A stretch of DNA of 64,000 nt from contig JAANOX010000052.1 in the NCBI GenBank assembly GCA_020184695.1, positions 62,001 to 126,000 of the forward strand. Direction: 5' to 3'. A program made the position numbers and the translations under genes. Each line of letters begins with the position of its first letter. Position 1 is the stretch's first letter. Shown here one piece after another: positions 36,097 through 46,406 of the stretch. This DNA is from Histomonas meleagridis 2922-C6/04-290x (taxonomy: Eukaryota; Protista; Parabasalia). The notes under the pieces are model-generated. The model saw nothing but the letters and a program-made list of their open reading frames with translations, did not search any database and was not told the DNA's origin.

Positions 36097-36588
36097 ATGG
36101 GTAGAGGACAATCAGGAGGAAATATGAATTCTGTACAAGCTAATTTTTGTACAAAAGTAACTAGGAAAATATATGATTATTCACTTTCAAGTTTTTTTAG
36201 ACAACCAGTTAATCCAAAAGAAGATTATGCTGAAGATTACTTTGATAAAATAAAAAAACCGATGGATTTGGGAACAGTCCTTCAAAACCTTAAAGATGGT
36301 AAATATCAAAATATTGATCAATGGAAAAATGATATGAACTTAATTTGGAAAAATGCAATGACATATAATAACCCAATGAGTCCAATATATGTGATTGCAC
36401 ATGACTTAAGTGAAATGTTTAAGAAAAAAATTGAAAATATTCCAAAAACAACTACTGAAGAATGGATATTTTCATTAAGAAAAGAACACAAAAGACTTCT
36501 TAAAATAATAAATTGCAAACCTCACGATATAGATATTACTGATTCTTCAGTTCCAAAGCCAAAAGTGGCGAAAATTGTTTTGAAGTAA
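36097..36588 (+). CDS. Stand-alone bromodomain protein
   Basis: FFRQPVNP...DYFDKIKKPMDLGTV...MNLIWKNAMTYN. Confidence 0.93.
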   Translation: MGRGQSGGNMNSVQANFCTKVTRKIYDYSLSSFFRQPVNPKEDYAEDYFDKIKKPMDLGTVLQNLKDGKYQNIDQWKNDMNLIWKNAMTYNNPMSPIYVIAHDLSEMFKKKIENIPKTTTEEWIFSLRKEHKRLLKIINCKPHDIDITDSSVPKPKVAKIVLK

Positions 36589-37276
36589 AATGTTTAATTT
36601 TATATCTTATTCTAAATAAAAAATTTTATATATGAAGAATATTTTTCATTAATCTTTACTTAACATTATAAAATTTCTTTTCTCATATTACAATTTTGGT
36701 GAGAAATAACCAATAAATTTGTCTTGTAAAATGAATCCTTTAATCCTTTCTTCTCCTTAGAAGAACCTTAAATATAACAATCCATTAAATCATAACAGAA
36801 AATTATTTATATTTTACATATATAGTTCCAAAAGCATAAAATATCTTTCAGGAAAATCATTTATAAAGAAAAATGTATTGTAGTTAATAAGTGCATATGT
36901 GAATCTATTAATCAATAAGTCAAATAAAATTCTAGAGAATTATTTGTTAATTAGGAATCTTATTATTACATCATACCAGTAAAAAGTAAAAAGGAAAGAT
37001 ATGCTATTAATAGAACAAGAAATAGTTTTTCACATATAAAACTTTATAATCATTTCATATCAGTATTCATTCACCTTCTTCTGTTCTTCGACAACAATTA
37101 AATTCCATTGATAGACATAAGATACATATCAAAAAATGTAAAATTCCTAGTTTTGATTGATCTAAAATAACATAAATTTTCATTATAAAGCGAAATAGTA
37201 TGGAAATAATTAATATTATAGAGGAAATCGAAACAATAATGTGTTTAAAAAATTATAACTTTTACAAAATATAAAT

Positions 37277-38155
37277 TTAATTTGGTTTTGGGTGAGAAAA
37301 CATTGCTAAGAAAATAGCAAATCCTTGGATAATTGATAAAGGCCAACCCAAATCGAACACAAACTGTTTCATTTTGCATTTTCCGCACAAAAGAATTTCT
37401 CTCGTTGGCTGATCTGGGTGAATCAAAATGAAATTCTTTGATGATGGCTTCTTAACCCTTCCCGTAAATGTGAGCGTTTTCCTTCCGTTCTTTTGCTGCG
37501 GTTTACGTGTTGAAAGCTTGACAACATCTGACGCAATCGTTTCTGATTTTGATTGTGATAAAAGATATGGATTTTCATCAAAGATTATTGATACGTGTTT
37601 CCCCGTCTCTTTCTGAAGAAGTGGAATATATACATCAAAGAGTTTCATCTTGGGATCTGATAAAATTTTTCGAATACAAATTGCAACTTCTTCTTGTTCA
37701 TTATGTAGCATGTAGAATGAGGACCGCTTAGAATTGGATATTAGAACACAATTGCCAATATTACCAAGAGGTGATACTATTTTCCATAATTCACCATTTT
37801 TCGGATCAGCGAACTTTTCGGCTTCTAATAAAATGGTTCCATCATCTTCCCTTTGAAGAACTATAACATCAGTTTTAGCAGGTATTCGTGTGACAAGAAA
37901 ATGACCTACAGAATTTGGTGGATGAGGATCAAATAATTGAAGAATAGGATCTGGTTGTTCAATTTTTTGGATGTCTTTAACACCTACAATTAAAGGAATT
38001 CCGCGATTTAATAATTCTTTTTCTGTTTCTGTAAAAATCTTTTTTGCTGTTGGAACTGGCGCAGGTTTTTTCCCATGTTCTGGGTTTTCCCAACTTGGTG
38101 GCCATGGAACAAAACTTATCATTTCTGAAGAAAGAGTTTCATCCAGTTCCACCAT
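37277..38155 (-). CDS. Tubby C-terminal domain protein
   Basis: LTFTGRVKKPSSKNFIL, LLCGK, FVFDLGWPLSIIQGFAI. Confidence 0.88.
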   Translation of the reverse strand: MVELDETLSSEMISFVPWPPSWENPEHGKKPAPVPTAKKIFTETEKELLNRGIPLIVGVKDIQKIEQPDPILQLFDPHPPNSVGHFLVTRIPAKTDVIVLQREDDGTILLEAEKFADPKNGELWKIVSPLGNIGNCVLISNSKRSSFYMLHNEQEEVAICIRKILSDPKMKLFDVYIPLLQKETGKHVSIIFDENPYLLSQSKSETIASDVVKLSTRKPQQKNGRKTLTFTGRVKKPSSKNFILIHPDQPTREILLCGKCKMKQFVFDLGWPLSIIQGFAIFLAMFSHPKPN

Positions 38156-38220
38156 TAAAAAATGTAAACGTTCGTTGAGTCTGGGGTACTCTGATTTAAG
38201 CCGTTTATTTTTGCAATTTG

Positions 38221-38913
38221 ATGAATCTGAATCCCGAAGACGAACTAAATTTAGGGATAGAACAAATAAAACGAGCTGTTAAATCGCTAAAGCAACAAAA
38301 CTCTACAGAACAAAGATTATATCACCAACAAATTTCTGAACTTAATCGTGTTAACCAAGAAAATCAAGCCAGAATTGAACAACTCGAGAATGAAAATATG
38401 CAACTTCGGGCTGCATACAATGATGCCATTGCTGAAGCTGAACGTTTAAAATCAATTAATGCATCATTAGCTCGTTCACTCCAACAAAAAGAGCAAGAAA
38501 TTTCACGTTTTGTTTCTCTAAGTCAGTCGCTCAAAGGGTTGTTAGATCAGCATGACACCTCTGCATCAACGTCATCTGAAATTTTTAGTACAGATAATAA
38601 TATCAGTTTTCAGTCAACATCAAAGCCAACCCTTGACATCAAACCACCAAAGAAGCAAATTAGACAATATTCACCCCTTCCAACACAAAAAATTGGTAAC
38701 ACTTCACCAACCGCATCACGAAGTTCAATGTTCATTAAATCAGCCAAAAACGAACTTACATACAGTGAATTCAACCAGATGATGCAAGAAATCAATTCGT
38801 ATAATAAGAACCAACAGACAAGGGACAAAACTATTGAAAACGTAAGGAACTTGCTCAGCCCTGAACACAATGATTTGTTTAGCCAATTCCTTTTGATGAT
38901 AAGTGGAATCTAA
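38221..38913 (+). CDS. Coiled-coil protein with C-terminal PAH-like helical domain
   Basis: Heptad N-terminus; C-terminal SMFIKSAKNELTYSEFNQMMQEINSYN...HNDLFSQF. Confidence 0.75.
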   Translation: MNLNPEDELNLGIEQIKRAVKSLKQQNSTEQRLYHQQISELNRVNQENQARIEQLENENMQLRAAYNDAIAEAERLKSINASLARSLQQKEQEISRFVSLSQSLKGLLDQHDTSASTSSEIFSTDNNISFQSTSKPTLDIKPPKKQIRQYSPLPTQKIGNTSPTASRSSMFIKSAKNELTYSEFNQMMQEINSYNKNQQTRDKTIENVRNLLSPEHNDLFSQFLLMISGI

Positions 38914-39250
38914 AGTTATTGAATAAATTTAATGTTGGATGATATTTTATTAATGAAATTTTAATAATCCTTCAAGTCAAAACTTAGGAATTTTAAAATG
39001 ATTTACGATCCTATGAAGTTATGAAATGGTTTGAAAATGTTTGAACATTTTTTTATCTAATGATGTTCAATTAATTATTGATGTTCAACTAATAACAAAT
39101 TCGATTTTTTGATATTTATTAAATTTATTTATAAATTTAAATTTATTAATTAATTTTACATATAAAATAAATGAAAAATATTTATTTTCGAAATTAAATT
39201 TATTTGAAGAAAAATAAAAATTGGAAATAAAAAAGTATAATAATAATCAT

Positions 39251-40489
39251 TTATTTTAACTTATCTAATAACACATTAATTTCATTCTTCACTCCATTCA
39301 TTTTGGGTGATAATGCTATATCTATTTTACCAGAATCTATAGCATCTGAAACCATTTTGTGAATTGTATTTAATATCAATACAATAAAATCTTTTTGACT
39401 TGGAGCTTCAAATGCTGTTATTCTTTTCAGCATTAAAACATATGATGGAATATGTGGATAAACTCGCAAAATAGCATTTTCATCGAAGAGAGAAAGAGAT
39501 AAAATTGCTCCATGTTGAGAAGCCAAAGAAGAATTTGGATTAAAAATTGCACTGATTAACGTATTCGAAATTAACGTTCGTATTTGGGGGTACCCTGAAT
39601 TACACACGTTACAAATTTGATGTAAAATCTGGGCTGTATCAACTCGAATTTTAGTGTCCATTTCAATATCATCTCCAGAAACAATGTTCTTTAAAATGAT
39701 AGTGAAACAAATACGGAGAAAAGTGTGTGCATAAAAAGAAATAGGAAGTGATGGATTATTAACTAGGGCTGAGGTAAAGTTTATCACGCGTTTTAATACA
39801 GAAATATCGTCTAGTGAAATAGTAAGCTTATATATGATAAATTGGAGGAAACCTGGAATTAATGATTGAATTCCACCATCACTGACAATGTTATCATAAA
39901 GAATTTCTTGGGATTCTTGGTCGCCTGCTTCAAAAAAGTCAATGGCTTGGCCATAATAACTCTGGAGATCGTTAGAAATAATTTGTTCATTTTTGATTTT
40001 TTGTTCTGGCTTGTTATATTTGAGGTAATCTAGTGAAGGATTATATGGGGTTGAATCCAAAATTTGCCCAAAAGTGTTTTTGTTGGATCGCTTGCCGATT
40101 GGAGTTCCATCTACTAAAAGCCATTGGAAATTAAAAGGCACTTTTCGTGGATAACAATGTCCTTTATCAGAAACAACTTCATTAAGATCAATTGTGTTGT
40201 CAATTGTATATAAAAGTGTATCTTCAGAATTGACTACTTTCATTTCGTAATTAGAAGAACTAGAATAACCAAAAAGCGTAGGAATTCGTTGTGATTCAAG
40301 AATCATGTTAACTTGCCGAACTGTTAATTTTGAAGAATGTGTTTTTTTAAATAAAATTGAAGCAGGACTAATTATACGTTCAACTCGAAATTCTGTTTCC
40401 TGGGCAAGTAATTCTAATAAAGAATGCTTAAGAGTAATTCCAAGTTTGTCAGCAATTGCTTGAATTGTTTCTTGTGATACAGCAGACAT
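39251..40489 (-). CDS. TAF6: TFIID subunit TAF6
   Basis: H4-like fold (VSQETIQAIADKLGI..LAQETEFRVERII..LTVRQVN..IPTLFGY), then WLLVDG and HEAT region (GGIQSLIPGF, ALVNNPSL, SLASQHGAI). Confidence 0.88.
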   Translation of the reverse strand: MSAVSQETIQAIADKLGITLKHSLLELLAQETEFRVERIISPASILFKKTHSSKLTVRQVNMILESQRIPTLFGYSSSSNYEMKVVNSEDTLLYTIDNTIDLNEVVSDKGHCYPRKVPFNFQWLLVDGTPIGKRSNKNTFGQILDSTPYNPSLDYLKYNKPEQKIKNEQIISNDLQSYYGQAIDFFEAGDQESQEILYDNIVSDGGIQSLIPGFLQFIIYKLTISLDDISVLKRVINFTSALVNNPSLPISFYAHTFLRICFTIILKNIVSGDDIEMDTKIRVDTAQILHQICNVCNSGYPQIRTLISNTLISAIFNPNSSLASQHGAILSLSLFDENAILRVYPHIPSYVLMLKRITAFEAPSQKDFIVLILNTIHKMVSDAIDSGKIDIALSPKMNGVKNEINVLLDKLK

Positions 40490-40652
40490 TTTATTTCACA
40501 TCATATGTCATTCAAATTAATTTTTTAAAAAAACAAGAATCAATAATTAAAGAGCTCATTTTCATATAAAAATTGTTTGTTGGCTTTGCTTTTTTTCAAG
40601 AATTTTGTTTTTAAAAAAAATTAAAAATAATATTTATAAATAAATTTCACAA

Positions 40653-40994
40653 TCAGCGATAAAGTGATGTTGTTATAGTGTCGTAGTTTCCTGTTACTTT
40701 GTCAAGTCCTTCAAATGTATCTGTTCCAGGAATCCTAAGTTGCAAATTTAATGTTTCTCTATTCTCTAATATCATTTGTTCAAGAGATAAAGAATCATGG
40801 AACTTTCGATTCCCCATTCTTGGTACTGTGAGAATCATATCATGAACTTTTCTATTAACAAATTGCTTTAACATTCTCTTTATCTGGAGAGATGTTGTAT
40901 CTTGTGTAACATAAAGAAAATATGTCACATTTTTCCTCTTAACTTTTACATACCAATTTAAATCTAGGATTGTGCTTGCTACAGAAGAATTCAT
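40653..40994 (-). CDS. Ubiquitin-like protein, Elongin B-like
   Basis: VKRKNVTYFL, SLEQM, DTFEGL resemble Elongin B; family call from memory of the pattern. Confidence 0.55.
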   Translation of the reverse strand: MNSSVASTILDLNWYVKVKRKNVTYFLYVTQDTTSLQIKRMLKQFVNRKVHDMILTVPRMGNRKFHDSLSLEQMILENRETLNLQLRIPGTDTFEGLDKVTGNYDTITTSLYR

Positions 40995-41072
40995 ATTTGA
41001 GGAATAAAAAACGTGTTTTTCCTATCGTAGAAACCTCTTGTTGTAAACGGTCGTTGTTTTTTGAACCATTCG

Positions 41073-41603
41073 ATGGAAAAAGAAAAAATTGTTCTTCTTC
41101 GATTTAAATCACAAACAGGGCGAATCCACTATGTTGAAGCGTATGAAACAGAGTGTATTAGAGATATGAAAAATATCATTGTTTCAAAATATCAAAATTC
41201 TTCTATTGATTCAATGACAGTTAGAAAAGAAAATGGAGAAATTGTCCCGGATGCCACAAATGTTTGCCAAGCAGCCGATTTGGAAAATAATGAATTTTTA
41301 TATTTCTTTTTCTCATCATTGGGTGATTCAAAATCTTCTGAAAACATAACAACACAACCATCACAGGAGAAGGTAGTCAAAGCTGAGCCTGCTGCACGTA
41401 AAGAAGATCAACAAGAAAAACCTAAAGCAGCAAAAACACTGAAAGATTTCCCAGCATCTGAAAGACCTAAGATCACTAGACTCAAAAATGAAACAAAGGT
41501 ACCAATAGAAGTCGTTATCGAATTTTATGAGAAGAATGATAAAAATGTAAAGAAAACCAAAGAAGCTATTGCAGAATACAAAAAAGCTCAAGGAAAGAAA
41601 TAA
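41073..41603 (+). CDS. Ubiquitin-like N-terminal domain + C-terminal UBA/CUE-like helices
   Basis: LRFKSQTGRIHYVEAYETECIRDMK; tail ITRLKNETKVPIEVVIEFYEKNDKNV. Confidence 0.6.
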   Translation: MEKEKIVLLRFKSQTGRIHYVEAYETECIRDMKNIIVSKYQNSSIDSMTVRKENGEIVPDATNVCQAADLENNEFLYFFFSSLGDSKSSENITTQPSQEKVVKAEPAARKEDQQEKPKAAKTLKDFPASERPKITRLKNETKVPIEVVIEFYEKNDKNVKKTKEAIAEYKKAQGKK

Positions 41604-41718
41604 AAATATGTTCTAGATTTTTGCTTAAAGCTATTTTTAAAATTGTCTTTTGGCAACTAAAATCTTTTTTGTAATAAAAATCAAAAAGAACGTTTAAAAA
41701 CGATAAACGCACGTTAAA

Positions 41719-42681
41719 ATGAGCAAGTCGAGATCCATTCTTCCTTATTTAATTGATGATGATTCAGATGGTGACATTGATTTGTTTTGTCACTTAGAAA
41801 AAATGCTTCAAAATAGTGAGTCAAAATTGTCACAAGATTTTTCAACTCATTCCATTCTTGGTGAACAAAAAACAGGAAATAATGAATTAACAAATGATGA
41901 AATAATAAAATTTCGAGAAGCATTTTATGAGCTCAAATCTAAGGTTGTATATATAAATCGAAAAAAGGAAGAAATCGATCGAAATTTAGAATGGATAAAC
42001 CAAGAAAGAAAAGAACTTGAGAAAGAACGACGCAAAATTGAGAAGGATAAAATTGTCATTGAATCAAAACTTGAAAATACTGAACTAATTACATTAAGAA
42101 AAGAATTCAAAGAACTTAAAATCAAATATGAAACAGAAAGAATGCAATGGGTTGAAGAAAAGAACAAGCTTTTGGCACAAATCAAATCAGATGGATCAAA
42201 GTCTCACCAAGCAAGAAATCCTCTTCATCCAAATTATGATTTAAATCTTGATTTTAAACCAGGAAAAATCATTAAAACTGAACATCGCGAAGATGGAAAA
42301 AATATTTTAACATATGAAAATGGATATAAGGCAACAGAATTTCGAAACGGAAATATAAAAATGAAGCATAATAGATCTCTATATACATTTTATTCTAATG
42401 GAGATGTTTCACAGAAATTTAAAGATGGCGCATGTGGTTACTTATATTCTTCAACTGGAACTATTGAGTTATCACTTCCTAATATGGATACACGTTATAT
42501 TTTCTCAAATGGTCAACGAGAAGAGCATTTCAGTGATGGACGAAAAATAATTTTTTATCCAAATGGTGAATTAAAGCGAATTTATCCAAATGGTAATTAT
42601 GAGATTCACTACCCAACAGGGAAGGTTGAAAAGTTCATAAATGGTGTATTGCATATCACATATTCCAAATCGGAACAATAA
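41719..42681 (+). CDS. SAS-4/CPAP-like protein (coiled coil + Tcp10 G-box repeats)
   Basis: Repeats FxNGD/YxNG (YENGYK, FRNGNI, YSNGDV, FSNGQRE, YPNGELK) after a coiled coil. Confidence 0.8.
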   Translation: MSKSRSILPYLIDDDSDGDIDLFCHLEKMLQNSESKLSQDFSTHSILGEQKTGNNELTNDEIIKFREAFYELKSKVVYINRKKEEIDRNLEWINQERKELEKERRKIEKDKIVIESKLENTELITLRKEFKELKIKYETERMQWVEEKNKLLAQIKSDGSKSHQARNPLHPNYDLNLDFKPGKIIKTEHREDGKNILTYENGYKATEFRNGNIKMKHNRSLYTFYSNGDVSQKFKDGACGYLYSSTGTIELSLPNMDTRYIFSNGQREEHFSDGRKIIFYPNGELKRIYPNGNYEIHYPTGKVEKFINGVLHITYSKSEQ

Positions 42682-43189
42682 GGAATTTCTTTTGTTTCTA
42701 TATATTATTAAAATTTAAACAACGAGTTTGCACTATGTTATAATTATTAAATATTAAAATTTCTTGAAATTAAAAACATTAGGTTCGCACTGGGTTGTTA
42801 TGATTTACTTATAAAATTCCCAGCCGCAATTAATATTTATTGAATCATTTATATCGTGGATTTGAAATTAATGATTTACTTTTTCTACAAATATCTATAG
42901 TTATCATATATAAATATTAAATAAAAATTATTATAAAGAATTTATACTTATTATAATTATTAGTAAATATGGAAATAATATGTTCTCATTAATAATTTAT
43001 TTAATTTATCAATATGATTTTTAATTACAAAGTTTTTTTTTTCCTCACTCTTTTCTTCTCCCTTCTCCTTTTTTAATTTTTTCCTCTTCTTTTTTTAGTG
43101 TTTTTTTCTTTTATTTTTTTATTTTGGAAAATTAAGGAAACAAAATATTGTAATATTAGATACTTTACACATTAGGGTATTACTTACTG

Positions 43190-43427
43190 ATTGAACTTGT
43201 GAAATATGTTTTAGAACAAAAAGGAATTGATGTTAATGCGAAAACTATTTATTTGAATAATTTGAAATATGTTTTAATAAATTGAAACAGCACTTCAAAT
43301 CGCACAACAAAAAGGTTACACAGAAATAGTAAATTTACTTAGTGCAAAAAATATAAACAAAAATTCTCAATCAAAATCTTCTTCTATAAACATCAAATCT
43401 TCACTTTCAATAAGAAATGGAAATAAA
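43190..43427 (+). pseudogene. 5'-truncated ankyrin gene relic with one shortened insert
   Basis: IELVKYVLEQKGIDVNAKT, 40-nt gap (43247-43286), TALQIAQQKGYTEIVNLL...TAA 43425-43427; no upstream ORF. Confidence 0.75.
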
Positions 43428-43930
43428 GCGTATATTACTAATAATCAAAATCAACTCAAAGATTAAATGTTTGCAGAAAACATTAGAAAGAAAATTACCA
43501 ACAAAAGTATACATAAACATACAAGCATATGAAAATCATCAAAATAGCAATGTACATTATAAATTTTACCTATTAACAAATATATTGACAAAGTAAAATG
43601 TAAATCCATAAAAACAATAATATTATAAAGTGGATTAGAAGAAAAACTTCAACAAATAAAATTTTGGAAACAACATTACAAAGATCATGATCTTTATAAA
43701 GATTTTATAATAATCGCTTTGGGTTCAATTGAATAAAAATTTTGATATCTGCAATTGCTCTTAAAGTATTTCTTCCTTATTTAATAATAATTTCATTGGT
43801 TGCATCATCGTTTAGAAAATGAAACAGTTTAATTTCCATTATACAAAAGTCACATGCATAAACAAATGACTTTTTGATATTGACATGCTTGGAAGCACAT
43901 TAAATAGATATACTATTAAAATTTACCAAA

Positions 43931-44391
<461 letters not shown>

Positions 44392-44650
44392 GTTTTGATT
44401 AATGTAATATATAGGAAATAAAACCAGGATTTAATGAATTTTGAAATGTGTTTTTCCGATTTTTTTTAGACTCGTTTTGATGTACCATTTTTTATTGGGA
44501 TCCATGGATCACAGCCTGTGCAATCATACACATATAATATCCAAATATATATATTCTATAATATGTAGAAACTCAGACTCGCCATATTCCTATCAAACAT
44601 TAAAACAAATATTCATTTTCAACACAACATTTATTGAATAAAGAAATTCG

Positions 44651-46012
44651 TCAAAATTCGTATGCGTCCACTTCTCCCAAAGCGTTTGTTCTTCCTGTTA
44701 TTCTCGATGGCACAGGACCACCGAATCTCAGCTCTATTAATTCCTTCATTTGCGAATATTTCCCATTTACGAACTTATTCCATTTTTCATCAGTTTCTTC
44801 ATTTTGTTCCTTTTCGTTATTCAAAATCATTTCAGTAATCTTATACAAGTGTCCATAGTATATTCCGACGTCATCATTTTCTTCATTATCGAATGCATCG
44901 ACTATTTTCTCTTTAATTTTATATTCCTTTAACATTTCCTCCAAATTTCCTTCAGAGATAAACTCAAACAATTGCGTGGCGGAACAATGTAAGATAGAGA
45001 ATGACGGATATTCGAACATTTTCAAAAACAATTTCCCACTGCATTCGATAATACATTTCGGAACTTCGAAATCTGCAGATATTATACCGCCAAGTAATTC
45101 AATTGCTTTAGCTTTACCTGCAGTAAATAACGTGTCATTAGTAACAAAATTACAGAGATCATTAGTTTTGGAAATGACAAATTTAAAGACTCTTGTGAAC
45201 ATTGAATCATCATCTTGATCTTCTTCATCACATTTACTACATAACTCAAATAATAAAAACATTGATTGGTCAGAAAGATCAGTATTATCATTATTTGTGG
45301 CATAATCAAAGATTTTTTCAAGGACAGAAGGTGAGGTGATGTCAAAAAGTGCCATCGAGTTGGAATCAACTGATGAAACAACGTTACAGAGAAGAGAAAA
45401 GAGTTTGGAGGATGGTGAAGCGTCAATTGATTGCCAAAGAAGAGGCGCGATTTTATTAGTTTCAAGATATTTGACATATTCTGGATGTCCATCTGTGGTT
45501 ATTGAATCTAAAAAATCATAAACACATGGATGTTCAACTAATGGTAAAAATTTCTTAAAGATTAGAACACCATCAGGAAGCTTATGAAGAAAGGCACCAT
45601 TAGTTACCTTTAACAAAAATTGTAGAAATAAACATAGATTGGATAGATTATCGGGTTCTTCACAAACAGGTGAATTTAAACATTCAATAACTGTAGAAAT
45701 AAGATTTTCTGAATATACAATTCTTGGAGTAAAAGTGCTGAGATTGGTAATTAACATTGTTTCACAGTGTGATTTGGCATTTGAAAATGTTAGTTGTGTA
45801 ATGCCTGTTGCAATTCGAATGATTTCGGAAATATGAGCAACTAAAAATTGAATTAATGTTGAGTGCTGTTTTTTAAAAGCATCCATAATATTAGATTGCT
45901 CCATAAGGTCACTAATTGTACAATTTTCATTAGCACAAAGTGATGTTATGTTTTGAAGTTCTTGTGGCGATTGCCTCAAAACAAACATCAGAATTAAACG
46001 GTCAAAATCCAA
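44651..46012 (-). CDS. SIT4/PP6 phosphatase-associated (SAPS) family protein
   Basis: TISDLMEQSNIMDAFKKQHSTLIQFL, NLISTV, FSILHCSATQLF, YYGHLYKI. The first ATG is at 45988. Confidence 0.78.
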   Translation of the reverse strand: MDFDRLILMFVLRQSPQELQNITSLCANENCTISDLMEQSNIMDAFKKQHSTLIQFLVAHISEIIRIATGITQLTFSNAKSHCETMLITNLSTFTPRIVYSENLISTVIECLNSPVCEEPDNLSNLCLFLQFLLKVTNGAFLHKLPDGVLIFKKFLPLVEHPCVYDFLDSITTDGHPEYVKYLETNKIAPLLWQSIDASPSSKLFSLLCNVVSSVDSNSMALFDITSPSVLEKIFDYATNNDNTDLSDQSMFLLFELCSKCDEEDQDDDSMFTRVFKFVISKTNDLCNFVTNDTLFTAGKAKAIELLGGIISADFEVPKCIIECSGKLFLKMFEYPSFSILHCSATQLFEFISEGNLEEMLKEYKIKEKIVDAFDNEENDDVGIYYGHLYKITEMILNNEKEQNEETDEKWNKFVNGKYSQMKELIELRFGGPVPSRITGRTNALGEVDAYEF

Positions 46013-46406
46013 CGGTGATAAATTTATGACAATTGTCTTCCAACTATCACTGGGAATTCTCTCTATATTTCTTCACTAATCACATAAGCAACACAGTCAC
46101 ATCAATCTAAATTAAATTGTGAATTAATAATACAACGATTGATTATGAAATCATAATTTAGAAATTCTTTGACTTCATTACACCGTATTCATGTATTATC
46201 ATAATTAAAGTCAATATTTCATTCTATATTAAATTATTTCCATTTTAAGGATTTTTTTTATGTTTCTATCGGTTATTTTATACGCCAATCAAAAAGCTGA
46301 AATAAAATACGGTTATGCATTCAAAAAGTTATTAGCGAATTTTATAAAACGATCAAAATCAATTGAATTCCACAAGTTTATTTTGTTTGATGGAACATTT
46401 AATGAA

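Noticed and set aside
42785-42830. CTGGG...CCCAG stem downstream of the SAS-4-like gene
   Set aside because: Only a 5-bp GC stem with no supporting snoRNA boxes.
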